A stretch of DNA of 64,000 nucleotides, from positions 112,778,001-112,842,000 of the forward strand of contig OZ024742.1 of the NCBI GenBank assembly GCA_964016885.1. Direction: 5' to 3'. Numbering within the stretch: the first letter of the stretch is position 1; each line of letters opens with the position of its first letter. The DNA is from Eledone cirrhosa. Taxonomy: Eukaryota. A program made the translations under genes and the position numbers. This document shows, piece by piece, positions 1 to 15,045 of this stretch. The notes below the pieces were generated by a model. The model saw only the letters and a list, made by a program, of their open reading frames with translations. It was not told the DNA's origin and searched no databases.

Positions 1-1700
1 CAAACTGGCTGTCTGACATAACTAAGTATTTCCAGGATTCTTTCCAATGCTTTTAATTCAATGGAAATTCCTCACGTTCGTATATTTGCATTGTTGATCA
101 GCGGGCATTAAACAAGATTTTTAAAATAACATCAATATGTTTCGGGCTGTTTTCATGCTGAAGGTGTGACTTCATTTCCTAGCACAGGAGTATCCCATTT
201 TAATCATATATCGGATAAAGATCAGGTGGTATTTCTTTCCTTGGGGATGGTGTGAATCTATGATGACTAGAAACTTATTTACGAGATTAGTGTTGACATT
301 TAACGAGAAAAGGGGAGAAAACCAGATTTTAGTTTTTTTTCTAGTTATTTTTTCCTAATAGTGTTTTGGAAGTGACCTGGAGTGTAGGAAATAATCTTGG
401 AGAAACTGCTATTGCATATGTCAATATTATAGTATTCGTAAATGTTCGATATTTTGAAATGGCCTGGTTAGAAGAGAGGTTAGAAATCTGCTTGCTAATA
501 TTCTTAACTAGGGTTATAGAACGGTTAATGAGCGTGTGTACGGCGGTCTAGGTTTAAATATGAGAATTTAACACTAGTGAGTTCGGTGTATAAGTGAGGT
601 TTAGCCCAAGATCCCTAAAAGTGTGATTAAAACTTTCCTAAAAATGCCGTGCGTGTGGCCATTCATATGGCTGATAATGACAATACTATCCTCACGGTAT
701 ATACCCATCTGGAAACCCTGAAATTTCGTGTATAGGCTATCCAGGAAAAAGAGCTCCATGTAATCACAAATATCCGCGCTGCCAAACGCATATCTAAGAA
801 CACCAAAGCAGTCGTTTGTTGCCGAATTCTGTAACCACAGTCGGTCCAAGAGATACATATCCCTACATTTACTGGCGAATTCCAGCGCCCCATCAGGTGT
901 GTCAATGGATGTCGTTGGAAAAACGTCCACGATATCGAATTGGACGAATCTGGCTCTAACTGTATGCTTGAGGGAGTTAAACCAATATAGCAACGCTTGG
1001 CTATTTCGCATTGGTTAAACTGTTATTGTCTATTGATATTCCTATTCAAGTCTCACAGTAGTTTCTTACTGACTAGACCTAATTCTATCTTAGCAGGGTT
1101 AATACATGTACATGTCGGGATTGTTAGGAATTCATCGGCATGGTCATAGTGTTACACAAGCTTCTGTCTTCGCTGCGTATTCTAATCTATTTTCTATCCT
1201 CGTGGTAGTGGCGATGCATTTATCATTTTTTGTTAATAGGGTTATATGTGGTGAGTTCTACTTTTCAATATTTGGATCGATAGACTTGTTTAGTGATTTT
1301 CTGCGGGTGGTAGTATCGAGTACATAGAGGTTGTTAATTTCTCTCTGGTAGAACGAAATGTTAACTGGAAGATGGACAATTTTTACCTCCTTATTTAAAT
1401 AGTTTTGGAAAGGGGCAGAGTGTTTACCGAAGGTGTTGTTTGGTACTAGATTAATTAGAAAAAGAAACATGTCCATTTTCTTAGGTGGTTACTTTGTAGA
1501 TTTTAAGTAGAACGTATTCACAGTGCCAGATAATGTTCCACCAAACACCTATGCACTCCATCGAAGGCGTTTAATCAATGCATGGCTCTCTGTTGGGGAA
1601 CTTTCGAGTTAGTCCTGTTTGAAGGGGTCGGAATTTTCTTTAGAGAGTAGTCTATTTCGCAGAGATTTTCTAATGGATAGATTTGTGATTGTAGTATGAA
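1..1700 (-). mobile_element. Heavily decayed, near full-length Penelope-like element (RT plus start of GIY-YIG region), running off the window start
   Basis: Minus-strand translation across stops and frameshifts gives PLE motifs in the expected order: YSLKKIPTP (~1640), LIKRLRWSA (~1570), INPAKIELGLVSK (~1090), WFNSL..FVQFDIVDVFP and MGIYREDS (ORF 601-1011), KIWFSPLFSLNVNTNL..KFL and KMGYSC (~180-330). Confidence 0.75.
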
Positions 1701-2663
1701 CTTCGACCAAAACTCTATCTTTTAGACACGCACGGGAATTGTGTAGAGGATTGCAAGCAAACATAACATCGTAACCACTCCCACATATGTTATAATTTTC
1801 CTCTTCTCCCAATATCATTCAGCTTTATTAATAACGGAATTCGTAACAGATCCCACGGAAGAATTCCTATACTTTCGCAAAGGTTATATTTACATGAACA
1901 ATGGAATCGTTTGAAAAGAACGAATATACTTTTGTTGACAGCATCAGTATAAATTTACCTATGATGGTACAATAACGTGCAATGTATGAATTCAATTAGC
2001 TTTTGATATGTTATTGCAACGTGTTCGCATTCTTATGTAAAGCCCATTCATACTTAATCGTTTTGATGTTCTATATTTTATTCATTGCACAGAAAACACA
2101 CTTTCATATTGGTAATGGTTCTCAAAACTAACCACTTTGATTCTATCAGAAACGTGTAAATTGAAGCATTTTATTATTTGGAAATTGCAATGGAATCTAC
2201 AGGGAAACAACATTTTCTTCAATTTATGCTGTTAGTGTGATACTTGGACAAACTTGTATATGGTGCGTTAAAAGGTAAATATTGACAGTTGATACATTGG
2301 AAAGAAATCTACAAAATCGAAGTGTAAACAACAAAATATTTTAAAATATATCATAAGCGTTTTAGTAAGAACTGAGTTGAAATAATGATAGTGCTACAAA
2401 CCAATTGAAGAAAGGTGCTTGCATATGCATGATTATGTATAATTATTAAACAATTCATGCATGTAATAGAAGTATATACATATCTATATAGGTTTGAAAT
2501 AGTATTTGCACAAGTTTGTTAGGCAACACGTGGTTCCGAAGTTTGAGTTATTTATTGATCTGTTATTCCATTTGTTTGTTTCCTTAAATCTCATTTTGTA
2601 ATATGCTGTTAATGTTTAGTATTATATTGCACTATTTAGATTTAAATAAATAATTATTTTTAC

Positions 2664-2836
2664 TTTTGGCACAAGGCCAGCAATTACTCAGTGTATTACT
2701 GGTAGTTTATTTTATCGACCTGTAAGGATGAAAGGCAAAGTTAGCCTCGGCGGGATTTGAACTCAGAATGGCAAGGACCGTAACTCTATGCGTCAAAGCA
2801 TGGCGTCCGACCCTCTACCGATACTGCCAACCCACC
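2664..2836 (-). mobile_element. tRNA-derived CORE-type SINE
   Basis: Reverse strand reads TTGGCAGTATCGGTAGA (A-box-like), GAGTTCAAATCCC (B box), CCTTTCATCCTTACAGGTCGATAAAATAAACTACCAGT core and GGCCTTGTGCCAAAA tail; homologous to 46421-46620. Confidence 0.75.
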
Positions 2837-3515
2837 GTTATTCAGCATAAGTTTAACATGGATCTCTCAATACTATATATATATGTTTCAGTCCTTCAAT
2901 TTGTAGGTTATGGTTGAGTTAGCGATCAGTATAAGAGCTTTCTTTGCGGGGTGTGGGGCTCTTTGGTTCAGGTTTCTTTGTTTAGATTATAGTTCTTTTC
3001 GAGAGAGTTTAAAATTGGATGAATACATAATTACAATGCATGATTCCATGATTTTAACCAACAATCATATAGATATTTAATAGGAAATGTTTTCTTTTGT
3101 TAGTTAACTCGCACTTTAATATACACACAGTTAGTGGGTAGAATTTAGTTTATTTTGGGATTACTTTAAATGATTTCATGTAGTTGAATAACTGATCTAA
3201 TCATTTGTGGTTTGAAACGTCGAGGCGTATCGAGTGAGTACAGGTTGCAAATATATAAATATCAACCATTATGTAGCTTTCCTCCCTTAACATTATGTAG
3301 TTAATATTTGGTTATCCTTGTAGACGGGTATGATGTATGAACATTGTAGATTATGATGGGTTTAATGGTATGCACTGTATTTGTTTCGTGTCTGTATTTA
3401 TATACGGTCGAATTAGAGTAATTTTTTTGCTAATAATATAGGGAATATAACAGATATGTGTTTACAAAAATATGTACGTATGTCAGTGTGCGTAAATGAG
3501 TGTTTGTGGAAAATA

Positions 3516-3655
<140 letters not shown>

Positions 3656-4084
3656 GTGCGTGTTTCTCTTAGTATGTATGCCTACACATGCATACACGCA
3701 TACATTTTGCAAACACACAGTAACATACAGTATCTATGTTTGTATGTTTGGGTATAATTTTATGTCAATAGGTGTTGAATGTTCTTAGTAATTTAATATA
3801 TTATTTTCTTTTCTTAAATTTATTAAATTTACAGACTAACAAAAACTGCCTGTAGGGTCAAAATACAATATCAAATTTCTTTTCGTCAGATGTGTACGTT
3901 TTGAGGCAGCTATTGTTACAAACAAAATGAAATAAACAATTTAGCAATTCTTTAGAATATTTGCCTTACCTTCCAGTATTTTAATGTTTCTTTTTTTCTA
4001 TTTCCCAATTATTAGCTCCTCTCCCTCTCTCTTTATCTATATATCTCTTTTGCCATCACACATACAGACACATATACACATTTA

Positions 4085-4085
<1 letters not shown>

Positions 4086-4158
<73 letters not shown>

Positions 4159-4173
4159 CACAGACACACATGC

Positions 4174-4202
<29 letters not shown>
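4086..4202. repeat. Compound (CA)n(TA)n microsatellite
   Basis: Direct reading. Confidence 0.95.
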
Positions 4203-4206
<4 letters not shown>

Positions 4207-5029
4207 GATATATTATGCATTTTTTGTACACAATGTTGTGTATATTTAAATGCGAGAAAAGAAAGCAATACAAGTTGTAATATTAACTCTTTCGCTAAGT
4301 TCACTCTCTCACCTCTGTATTTCACTAAATGAATCATAAGCCGAATATTGGTGTATATTTGCTATTCAATATAGTGTTACAAAGAGAACTTCTGTTGTGC
4401 ACAACGCAGAATATATTAAACACCTTATATCTGTAGTGGTTAGGAAATCACTGACTCTTTATACGTAAGAAAGACTATTTAATAATCTCCCAGTGCCGTA
4501 TTATTATTATTTAAAAATCATGCAAAAGAGTCATTATGTAGGCGTTTCACCGTCTTTAATGAACCATTCATTTCGGAGATCTTTCCATCACTTAGATTAA
4601 TGCAAAGGTAATACACACATAGTCTCTGCTGGTGAGATGACGCTACTAATACTTTTGAACAGGGCACATACATGTTCACTTATATTGACGTGAATTTGTC
4701 TTAATTTCATACAAAATATGTTCGGAATAAATGAAAACTGTATCCGGCAAGATGTGATAAACAACGAATAAATTAGAAAAGTTCCCATAAGGATAGAATA
4801 ATCGTCGTAATAATGGTGTAGATAATTTAGCAAAACAGAGAAATAACAAGAACGAAAGCACCAAAGAGAGAGTCGCTCAATAAGATCCTAGACATTATTC
4901 GCTTAACGAGTTGGGTGAAGCACATGAAATCGTACCGTGGAAGCTATGTTTCCATTGTGAATATTATATATCAGTCGCAAACCAGCTAGAACGAGCAACG
5001 AAAATAAGTTTCTTTTTCAAGGACATAAC

Positions 5030-5105
5030 GTATCTCTCGGTCCGAGAATCAAACTCACAACCTAACGCTAGTGAATCAACTTCTATAATCACTCAGGTGC
5101 GCACC
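5030..5105 (-). mobile_element. Decayed tRNA-like SINE head
   Basis: Reverse strand TGAGTGATTA (A-box-like) ... GAGTTTGATTCTC (B-box-like) at tRNA spacing; degenerate. Confidence 0.4.
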
Positions 5106-5669
5106 TTCATAATAAACACTAAAGCAACAACATTAATTTTATCAGCTTGGGTTTAGAAACTGAAAACTACCACTGAAACCATTGCTTTCAAAATAATGTA
5201 CTATGAGAGCGTGTTTCAGATGCACATCAGAATGTACGTACATTAGAAGCCACCGAAAACGACATCGAAAGCGAAGTAAACTGTGGGTAGAAGACCAGGT
5301 ACAGTATGTGTTAAGTAGAAAAGGAATAGAAGGCGAAGTCCTGGTTTGCTTCAGTTGTTTTCGTGAGGGTGATGACGAGGAAGCAGATGCATTACTCCCA
5401 CAAAATAAACTCTATGTCATACGATCATCACTTGAATATATTGTTTTGCATACCACGTTATGTTATCAACAGAACTGAACGTTCAAAAATTGCATTAAAC
5501 TCAAATGTTGGAGTAATAACGGGAACATACGGTGGATTGATTGCTGTCTACCGTGGTTCCAGCTAATACTGCTATTGTATTTTATGATTATTTGCATTCT
5601 TAGCTACTGTGAATAATTTTAATTTTTGAAATGGTGGGTCATACATGTTGTTCGTGATATGCGTGGTAT

Positions 5670-6200
5670 GTTTCCGTCATTAATTTATTTCTTCTATTTT
5701 ATTGAGATTTCTTTTGATTACTTCGAATTTGTTTAATGTAATATCCTTGATGTTTCATTTTTGCAAATGAAACACGAATTTTATCCTTTAATATAAATGC
5801 CTGACTTGTACAGGATGCTTCATTTAATCGTGTATGGTATCAGTTTACACTTTATTTCCAATACTTGATTTGACAGTGCGGTTACCGTCTTCAGTTTTTG
5901 ATGCAATATGTGAATAGGTCCATTGTTCAAACCGGTCTTGTGTCTTACCCATATGTCGTTGTCTGCTGAGTGTATGGGTGGTATAATTCGTGTGAAGGTA
6001 GCTTTAAATACATTGCACCTGACATTGCATTTTTGAGGCAGAGATCGTCCATCTTCCCCTTGCATCACAGGTTTAAATTAGTTTCTCTTTTGTTTGTAAT
6101 CTTTACATTCATGAAAGATCCGCAGATGTTATTGATTTTTTTGCAGACCTTTATATTAAATGAATGAAGACGTTTTCATTTTGCCTAATTGATACATAAT
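5670..6200 (-). mobile_element. Decayed Penelope-like GIY-YIG endonuclease fragment
   Basis: Minus strand: CNVFKAT ... YMGKTQDRF ... TALSNQVLEIK ... YTIK*SIL ... CFICKNE ... LNKIEE, matching the PLE C-terminal motif order. Confidence 0.65.
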
Positions 6201-6914
6201 GCATAATACAGGGTTTGAAAACATATGATGAATAGCAAAATACAGAAAATTATGTATTTAAAGGATGTCCATGCAAAATATTACATCTCACCTCAGCATG
6301 GAAGTATACAGTCTCAGAACAACAAACCAACTCTAATGTTCATTCGCCTTAATCCGCTAAATATGTTTCAGATCTATATACATATCACACTACATCCAAA
6401 TAATGTTAAACTCAATAAGTTATATAAAAACATAACAGATACTACACACATTTAGCAAAACATTTATCATAATCCACCTTGATATAGGTTAAATACAACA
6501 ACCTATATAAATAATGCACACATTAATACACACTCATACAGGTACTCAAATACTCAACAAATACATATATGATGACACTGCAATATATAAAGAGAACTCT
6601 TTCACAACAATAACCCATATAACTATGGACAGAAAAACATAAATATACACATACTAATAACACAGACATGTAAACAATTACAATTACATTAAAAAGGTAA
6701 ACAAATTTATTTTTATATTAATATTACATCCCTTACAGTAGACGAGGGCTCGTATATTAAATCAGCCATCTACGTATTCACTGGCAGAAAAGCAGCACTG
6801 GCATATAATGTGTATATATGAGCGACGATTGATTAGACTTTGAAATCTTAGGAAGAAAGCAAATGATGCGAAATTATAACACAATAATAACAAAAACAAT
6901 AATACACACACGCT

Positions 6915-7022
<108 letters not shown>

Positions 7023-7523
7023 TGGACAAATAGATGAAATGAAACAATTGTATTGATAATATAATTTCACGGGCAAACGTTAAGGAATATAATATGTTTT
7101 GACATAAAAACGATATGGCAAGCCAAACCACCAAGTATAATTGGATCACAGTTGAAACTGTTAATATATTAAATAGAAATGAACGATTCCAAAGAACCAT
7201 TTTAAAACCACAACCGACAAAAGAGTGCAATACACATTCTAGGAATTATGATTGGCTCTGTCCATATGTCAAAAGTGTTTAGTTTATTGATCCATCAGAA
7301 AGACAAATCTATGCAAGTTATTGAAAGATGCTCTGGACATATTGTTCCCAAAAGGTAATACGTCATAGGGGATTCTACTCTTACTGACTCTATATCAACA
7401 TGAGAATTCATGGTAAATTGTGTCAGCTTCAAAGGAAATATTAACATGAGATAAGAGCAATTTACAAGTTTTCAGATAAACGCAACAGACACAAGGACAA
7501 AATCAGGAACTTGCAAAATCACT

Positions 7524-7579
<56 letters not shown>

Positions 7580-9649
7580 GTATATATATATGTGTATGCG
7601 CGCGTGCGTGTGTGTGTGTGTACATTAGGAACGTAGAATGTAGTCATATGTTAATATATGTATTTCTATACTATGCTTCTACAAATACTTAATCACATAG
7701 TCAAGTATACAAAGGCTCAGACATTTAAACAACCCAGATGATACAAAAAATCAGATAATGGTGATTTACTACATGACGAACATAAAGAGATATATAGTGG
7801 AAATATGTGCGTCTCTACACAAATAATTATGATAATAATATTGCATCGCTATGCATATTAGTTGAGAAAACTGGGTTAACCACAAAAGGAGTCGGAGAAA
7901 AATTTGACATAACATATCTGTCCACGTTTACCAGGAATAATTTACGAGATTTATTTAACTAACAATCATAGCTAAGAAAGATACGGGGGGCATATTAATC
8001 ACATTTCGAATGTTCTCTCCACTTCATATCTCAACCAGCATTTTATACATACATGTCCACAAACACAAACACACGCACACAGACACACATATATATATAT
8101 AAATATATATATATATACACACACACATCACACACAAACACACGTGCACGCTCCAAACACACTCACACATACACACACACATATATATATATACTGCAAT
8201 ATTTGCGGATAGTCATGTTGCCACAATTTTACCAATAAAATGATAGGCCCTATTTAAATTTCTTCTCGGTATAATCATTAGGTATTAGGTATTTCCTCAA
8301 ATATCTTTCGTCACACACATTCTCTGATCTCCTCAATGTCATTCATATGCATATATATGTGTCTGTATATTTCCATGTTTGCCTGCTAATGCAGACTTTT
8401 ATGCAAATGCTGTTCCGTAGTGTTTTGTAACATAATACGATATATTTCTGCATCAATATACATGGATATTTGTATATTCATATGAATGAACACATATAGA
8501 CGTATATGAATGCATCTTTCTTCGACTCTTTGTTTGTTATATATATATACCTCTTTGTTATATAAATATATATATAACTCCCCCTCTCTCTCTTTCTCTT
8601 CTTCTCTCTCACTCTAACCTTCTCTCCCTCTCTCTCTACCTCTTTCTCTCTATAAATATTTCTTCCTTAGAGGTATTTTACCCGGCTCATGTGATTTTGT
8701 CATTAAGGGCATATTACTGTTTTAATAGCTATTTATCACGTTTCAGTTTCTCAATTTTCTATACTAAATGTTCCCTCAACGCTTAGTCTTAATAACTCGA
8801 TATACCTAATTTTTGTTTACTTCAACCATCAGCTATGAATTTAGTGGCTTTCCACTTCGGAGGAATATTGAGGCCAGAGGCCGTCGAAACATTTAATAAA
8901 ATAACCAGCCGGTAACTCTTTCTGATATCTATCAATATATTCCACTAACAAAACCAAATAGTTTTCTCCCTACTAGTCTTTCCCCTGTCACGTTTTTATA
9001 GCACGAATGCAGCTGCAGCTATCACTTCCGCTTACCATCACTTCTTCCGCCGTAACAAAATAGATTTCTTTTTTCCGTAGAGGCAGGAAACTGTACGTTC
9101 GTTTTTCTTTTAAAATATTGGCCTACGTTTTTCGAATTGCGTAGTTCTCATTATATCTTTCCAACCAGTTACTGTGGACTTCATTGCCCTGTAATATATC
9201 CCATCCGAAGTAAAGGGTATTCATTATACTTACCTTGCTTGCAGTTGCGTAGTTCTAGATAACCCTGAAGCGAAAATCCATGTTCACTTGAGCAGTATTC
9301 CTAAACTACCCACTATCAATAATCGATGGGAAGCATGAGGGTCCGTTGGCAGCTTGTACTGTTTGTAAAGCAAGTTCTTTCTAATTGCTCACTTTAATGG
9401 TGTCATCCTCTTAGAGTCTGATATGCAAATGAGATAAGTTGCCTTGCGTGTGATCTAGTGAAAGGGAAAATAACATACCACTAACATCGAATCTTATCAG
9501 AAACCTGCTGGAAGGCTGTTTCGTTCTGATTACTGATCATGTAACAAAGACTAGCATTCAAGGGATATTTGCACTTCTCTATATATGCGTGTTTCCTCAT
9601 GCTTTTCTATAGTGTCGGTATTATTGATGGCATACTATTTATTATAATT

Positions 9650-10450
9650 GGCCTAGATAATCGGTATAAATGCGGAGTGATTGGCCAGTACTGTGTATCG
9701 CGGAGAAAGTATCTTATTTAGCAACTACTTCATTGGTATCCGAGTATTATGCGGAAATATCTTTTGCATAAATATGAGTGTGGATCAATCCTTTTTACGG
9801 AGTGTTTCTTTCTGACAAGTGGTTACAGAGCGTAGTGTTAACCCACCTCATCGTTACGAATTGTTATTTGAATAGGAGGTATGTCAGAACAATTGTGTGT
9901 TTACCTTTTAATGATACTCCGTCTTTTTAAACATTATACTTCAATAAGTGTTACGTGTTACTTTGTGAAAAATACTAGATTACATTGTTGCTGTATGTGG
10001 GCAATTGTTTTTGTATGTAAACAAATATATTCGTTTCTACATCAACGGCTCTTCTAACAATGGATTTTTACATCCTCAAACAGATTGTGTGCAGAATGTA
10101 GCTACTCTCTACAAACACTTCTCATACATGTTAACTGCAGCTGAAGCTTTGCTGAAGTCCCTTTCGTATGATAATGTTCTCATCCTTTGATTGTCTCAGC
10201 AGATGTTTGCTTGTCCATGCTATCGTAGTCGGTTGAATTGATCAATGAACAGGTTATGCATGATGGCTGCATAGCTTTTCAAATTAGATCTATTTGGATA
10301 GCTAACCATGCACCACCAATTGAGTGCCTTGGGCAAGTATTTTGGGGGATTTTGCAGGTGTACGTTGATGCAGGTATATAGCTCGTTGCCTGAATTCGTA
10401 TAGTATTTAATATATTGGACCATCATTCAATATGTATCCCGATCCTCATG
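9650..10450 (-). mobile_element. Very decayed LINE reverse transcriptase relic, RTE-like
   Basis: DFSKA (~10150) and RYFRIILGYQ..PIT (~9700-9770) on the minus strand; few motifs remain. Confidence 0.35.
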
Positions 10451-10731
10451 TAAATTGTCAATATTTTACAGGTTCATATTTTAACTGTCTTTTAAATTAT
10501 CAAATAAATTGATCGTAAAAAGAACGAGCCATTAATGACAATAACAACATGATCGTTGAGTTCAGGAGTATTGACATTTTTGTGACATTGTTGAGTTATT
10601 TGTGACAGCTAAAGAATATTAAACCACTTAGAATTTACGTGCTGCTGCATAGAAAAGGGAGACAATAAGCAGTATAATGTAATTCCAGCTAGACAGTACT
10701 AGTTAAAACTATAACTTGTAGTGTCTATAAC

Positions 10732-10808
10732 TTTGTACCGTCCTGTATTGTCCTGCACTGTCAATAATGTCTACTTTATGTAAACCCTTTGTGGTTAATA
10801 AAGAAATC
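10732..10808 (+). mobile_element. Tx1-family 3' UTR stub (extreme 5' truncation)
   Basis: Matches the last ~77 nt of the element at 17923-23838, ending AATAAAGAAATC before a degenerate (ATT)n. Confidence 0.9.
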
Positions 10809-10854
10809 ATTATTAATATTAATATTATTATTAATATTATTATTGTTGTTATTA

Positions 10855-11109
10855 CTCTTTGAGTTTCAGTCATTGATGTTAGTTAACTGGAAAGTTTGTT
10901 GAAATGAATATCAAGCCACTACCTGCAGCCTCAGATATTCAGGACGTATCGGAAGGTTCTTGCTGTTCCCAGCAAGCATGCCTTTTGAAGCGTACCTAAA
11001 AGCGTGAAGGGGCAAATTTTCTTTAACCATCCACGGAAACTTTTTGAGATAGTCCCTAGTGCGCCTATGACAATCGGGATCACTTTGACTTCATGGCAGT
11101 TCCAAATCC
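10855..11109 (-). mobile_element. Dong/R4 family A, 255-bp 3' stub
   Basis: Near identical to 11182-11436; flanked on both sides by (TTA)n. Confidence 0.92.
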
Positions 11110-11110
<1 letters not shown>

Positions 11111-11174
<64 letters not shown>

Positions 11175-11181
11175 GTTATTA
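11111..11181. repeat. (TTA)n target microsatellite
   Basis: Direct reading; lies between two Dong copies. Confidence 0.97.
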
Positions 11182-14100
11182 CTCTTTGAGTCTCAGTCCT
11201 TGATGTTAGTTAACTGGAAAGTTTGTTGAAATGAATATCAAGCCACTACCTGCAGCCTCAGATATTCAGGACGTATCGGAGGGTTCTTGCTGTTCCCAGC
11301 AAGCATGCCTTTTGTAGCGTTCCAAAAAGCGTGAAGGGGCCAATTTTCTTTAACCATCCCTGGAAACTTGTTTAGATAGTCCCTAGTGCGCCTATGACAA
11401 TCGGGATCATTTGACTTCATGGCAGTTCCAAATCCTCTTTACCTCCCACTTTAAGTCCTGGTATCGGTTAATTGTCTCCTTCTCCTTCTCTTTCACTCTC
11501 GTGTCGAATGGGCAGGCCACATCCACAATCAGGCACGATATTTTTTCTTTGTCCACAACCACAAGGTCAGGTCTATTTTGTTCCAGTTTCTTGTCCGTTT
11601 GTATCCTAAAATCCCACAGCACCTTCACCTGATTGTTTTCTATGACCGGCTCTGGCTTATGCCCATACCACTTCTCAGAATGTGGTAAATTGTTTCCTTT
11701 GCATAGGTGCCAGTGGATCACCTTGCCTATCATATCATGTCTCCAGCCCTTATAGTGAGTCTGGACTAGGTGTTTACACTCGGATACAACGTGAGCCACA
11801 GTCACCTCTCTCTCTCCACAGATCCTGCACATTGGGCTAGCCTCTTCCTTGTAAATGTGGTGTTTCAACCACTTCGTTTTGAGGGCCTGCTCCTGCGCAA
11901 CCATTAACATTCCTTCTGTAGCCTTTTTAAGGTCTCCTCTTTTCAACCAGTTCCATATCTGTGGATCTCTTAATTCAGTTTTCTCAAAGAAGGTACTATG
12001 AAGGGATTTTTCCTGAAGGCTGCTCTTCCTCCTTGATGTTATTTCCTCCTTGGACATCCCCTGGCCTATTGTTCCCTCCTTCAGTACAGTTCTGAGCATT
12101 GCTCCTTACTATCAGTCACGTATTTGTGTAGGTTGTTTTTCTCCATCTGAACACAGTCCTCTATGCTGATAAGACCTCTTCCACCCTCAGATCTCCTTGA
12201 GTAAAGTCTATCGACATCACTCATTTTTTGGAACATATTGTAGATAGTCAATAGCTTCCTAGTCTTCCTATCCATTTATTTTTGTTCAGCAACATTCCAT
12301 ATCAGAATTCCCGCACTGTACCTAATAATAGACACAGCTCGGGAATTTACTGCACTTATGGCATTGCTACTGTTCAGATCTGACTTTAATACGCTCCTTA
12401 CTCTCCGAAGGTATTCAGTTCTTATCAATTCCTTCATTTCTTTGTTCTTGATGTCATCAGCCTCCAAAACGCCCAAATACTTGTATCCTTCCTCAGAGTC
12501 AATTTCTTTTATCATCTCACCTGTTGATATCTGGATTCCGTTACTTCTGCTGAACTTACCCCTCCTCATCACAATGACTCCACACTTACTAATACCAAAT
12601 TGCATACATATATCAGTGCTGAAAATACGGACAGTGTCACAAGCACATCCAACTCCTTCTCACACTTCCCGAAGATCTTAAGATCGTCCATGAAGAGGAG
12701 GTGATTGATGGTAAGCCCTCCCTTTCCCAACCTGTATCCTGCGCTCACTTTTCGCAGTACACTGGTCAGGGACATCAGGGCAAGGACAAACAACAGAGGG
12801 GACAGACTATCTCCCTGGAAGATACCTCTCTTGATCTTCACGCTTGCCAAGGATTCTCCAGTTTGATGTTAACTCTGTTTTCCAGGACTTCATACTTGTG
12901 CCCAACAACTGCCTGATGTTTTCTGCCACCTTGAAGATCTCCAGGCTTTTGGTGATCCAAGAATGAGGCACCATGTCAAATGCCTTTTTGTAGTCTATCC
13001 ATCCCATGGCAACACCAGTGTGTCTCCTCTTGCAATTCCTCATTGCCATCTTATCAATAAGTAACTGGTCCTTTGTACCACGTGACTTCTTTCGACATCC
13101 TTTCTGTTCGTCCGGTAACAAGTTGTTTGTGTGGAGGTCATGGTAGATTTCCTCAGACATAATGCTTGTCGACAGTTTCCACATTACGGACAGACATGTG
13201 ATAGGTCTATAGTTGGTAACATCATTACCCTTGATTCGGTCTTTCATTACCAGAACTCTGATACCTTTTGTTAACCACTCTGGTATCTCACCTGCCATCA
13301 AGCAGTCATTGAACATGGTTGTCAGTTTCGGGTGGAGGGATGTTATGTTTTTAATCCAATACCCCTGCACACCATCTGGGCCAGGTGATTTCCAGTTGGT
13401 TAGTTTTTTGGCCTGCCCCTTAAGAGTTTCAACTGTGATACTTAAATCAGTTTGTTGGCATGCCTGTTCACTGATCTCCTTCTGTACTGTCTCAATCCAC
13501 ACTGCCTGGTCATTATGTTTAACATCCTGCTCCCATATTCCTCACTAGAATGTTTTAGTTTGTTCCGCCTCAGGGATCAAGTCGTTGCCTCTTTCTTTCC
13601 TTTCATGCTGTTCAACAGCATCTTCTGGTTGTTGTCGAACATGCAGTTCTGTCTATACTGGCTGACTCTGTTCACGTATCGCCTGATTTTTTGCACTCTT
13701 TGCTATAATGCGTTGCTTCAGTTCCTCTATGATAATATTTAGCTTTTTCCTCCTAGTTTTGTACTTTATTTCAAGTCTATTTTTAGTGTCTATGTTTTTA
13801 TTGTCCCATTCAATAGGGACTCAAGCTTTCCAATGTCATTTCTCATTTCCCTGATTTGACCACTCAGTCGTTTCTTCCACCAAGGCTCTGCTTTTTCTTG
13901 TCTGTTGTTTCCTCTCTCTTTTATACCAAGTTGTTTCCTCACCATATTTCCTGTTGCTTTGAGGATATTGTTGCAATGGTGAAGGCTCCTCGCCTCAAGG
14001 TATGGGATGACTTTGTTTACCTTAGCTGTTGTTTCTTTTAACTTTTTCCTGTCTACAAATCTTAGGTTCATAGGTCTCCCACTATCATTGTTCAATTCAT

Positions 14101-15026
14101 CTACCACTAAGTTTAGGATATCTACCAAATCTTGTCCTAGCCCGTCAGCATTCATCTCTTCAGTGGCCCTATCTCTGTTCCAGGTATTATTTATCTCACC
14201 ATTCAGATCATTGTCTGTTTCGGGTGGTTCCTCCGTTCTCTCGACCTCTTCACCTTCATTTCCCACTGGCTCGTTTGCCTGGCATACTCCACCCTCCATC
14301 TCCAAACTAATCCCTCTGCCCAGTTCTTCCAGATCCAGCTCGCTTATCCACCCATTAGTTCTTATTACCCGAGCCTGCCCGGCCAGTTTTTGTTCATCTA
14401 ATTTAAATGGACCAATCTCGTTCCAGATGTTATGCATCCTTTTCCTATAGCCTTTCTCCTTGGGGTTACTCTTCAGGTAACATTGCCTAACAGTTCTATT
14501 CAATTATTTCGTCCAGTTGGTTCTGGTCCCTTTCCATTTTCTTCTTCCTCCGAAAGCAGCAGTATTTGGTTGACAGCCAGGTCCCTGCTGCTGAGCCAGG
14601 GAGCACCTGTTGGCTGAGAGTCTGTCACATGACATTCTAGTCTCCATTTCACCGTTATTCGAACTGTTTAGGTTCGACATTTAAACACTTTTTCGAGGAT
14701 TGGCGAATGTATGGTTACATAACAACCGGTGAATTACTTGTCTCCGGTGGTTTCGTCACTCCACGTGACTTTTGTGTGGCTTTATCACGCTGCAGACGAA
14801 CCCAAACAAACAAACAATCAGGCAGAAAAAAACCCAAAATGAATGAGTATAGGTTTCATTGTAATGTACTGTTTGAATGTCTGACTTAATTTTTCCCTTC
14901 CCTTCTCTGTCCGTCCGTTTGTTTTTCTTTTCATTTTTATTTCCATTTACGTTTTTCGTTGTTGCTTTACTGCTTTGATTTTGATTTTTTAAAAACATTT
15001 TTTTTAAATTATTTTTAGTTATTTTT
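11182..15026 (-). mobile_element. Dong/R4-clade RLE non-LTR retrotransposon, family A, full-length but disabled (5' boundary uncertain between ~14830 and 15026)
   Basis: Single broken ORF with RT and RLE domains; ends in (TAA)n on the sense strand. Confidence 0.9.
11258..14680 (-). pseudogene. Family A RT-RLE polyprotein with several stops and frameshifts
   Basis: ATG at 14680 (MSNLNSS...); KSPGPDG, YRPITCL, DYKKAFD, FQGDSLSP, LFMDDLK, YKYLG, CRIC..H..SEC, RHD, RPDL..DVACP, ending YVLNI*. Confidence 0.9.
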
Positions 15027-15045
15027 TTATTATTATTATTATTAT

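Noticed and set aside
5195-5240. Hammerhead-like CUGAUGU..GAAAC on the minus strand downstream of a PLE relic; similar weak motif at ~6736-6783
   Set aside because: Core and helices are too degenerate to support.
7030-7990. Possible further PLE relic on the plus strand
   Set aside because: Only faint motif echoes (LDILFPKG, SLCILVEK); not enough to annotate.
14740-14800. Hammerhead in the Dong A leader (GUCAC..GUGAC-GAAAC)
   Set aside because: No CUGANGA-like box upstream of the hairpin.
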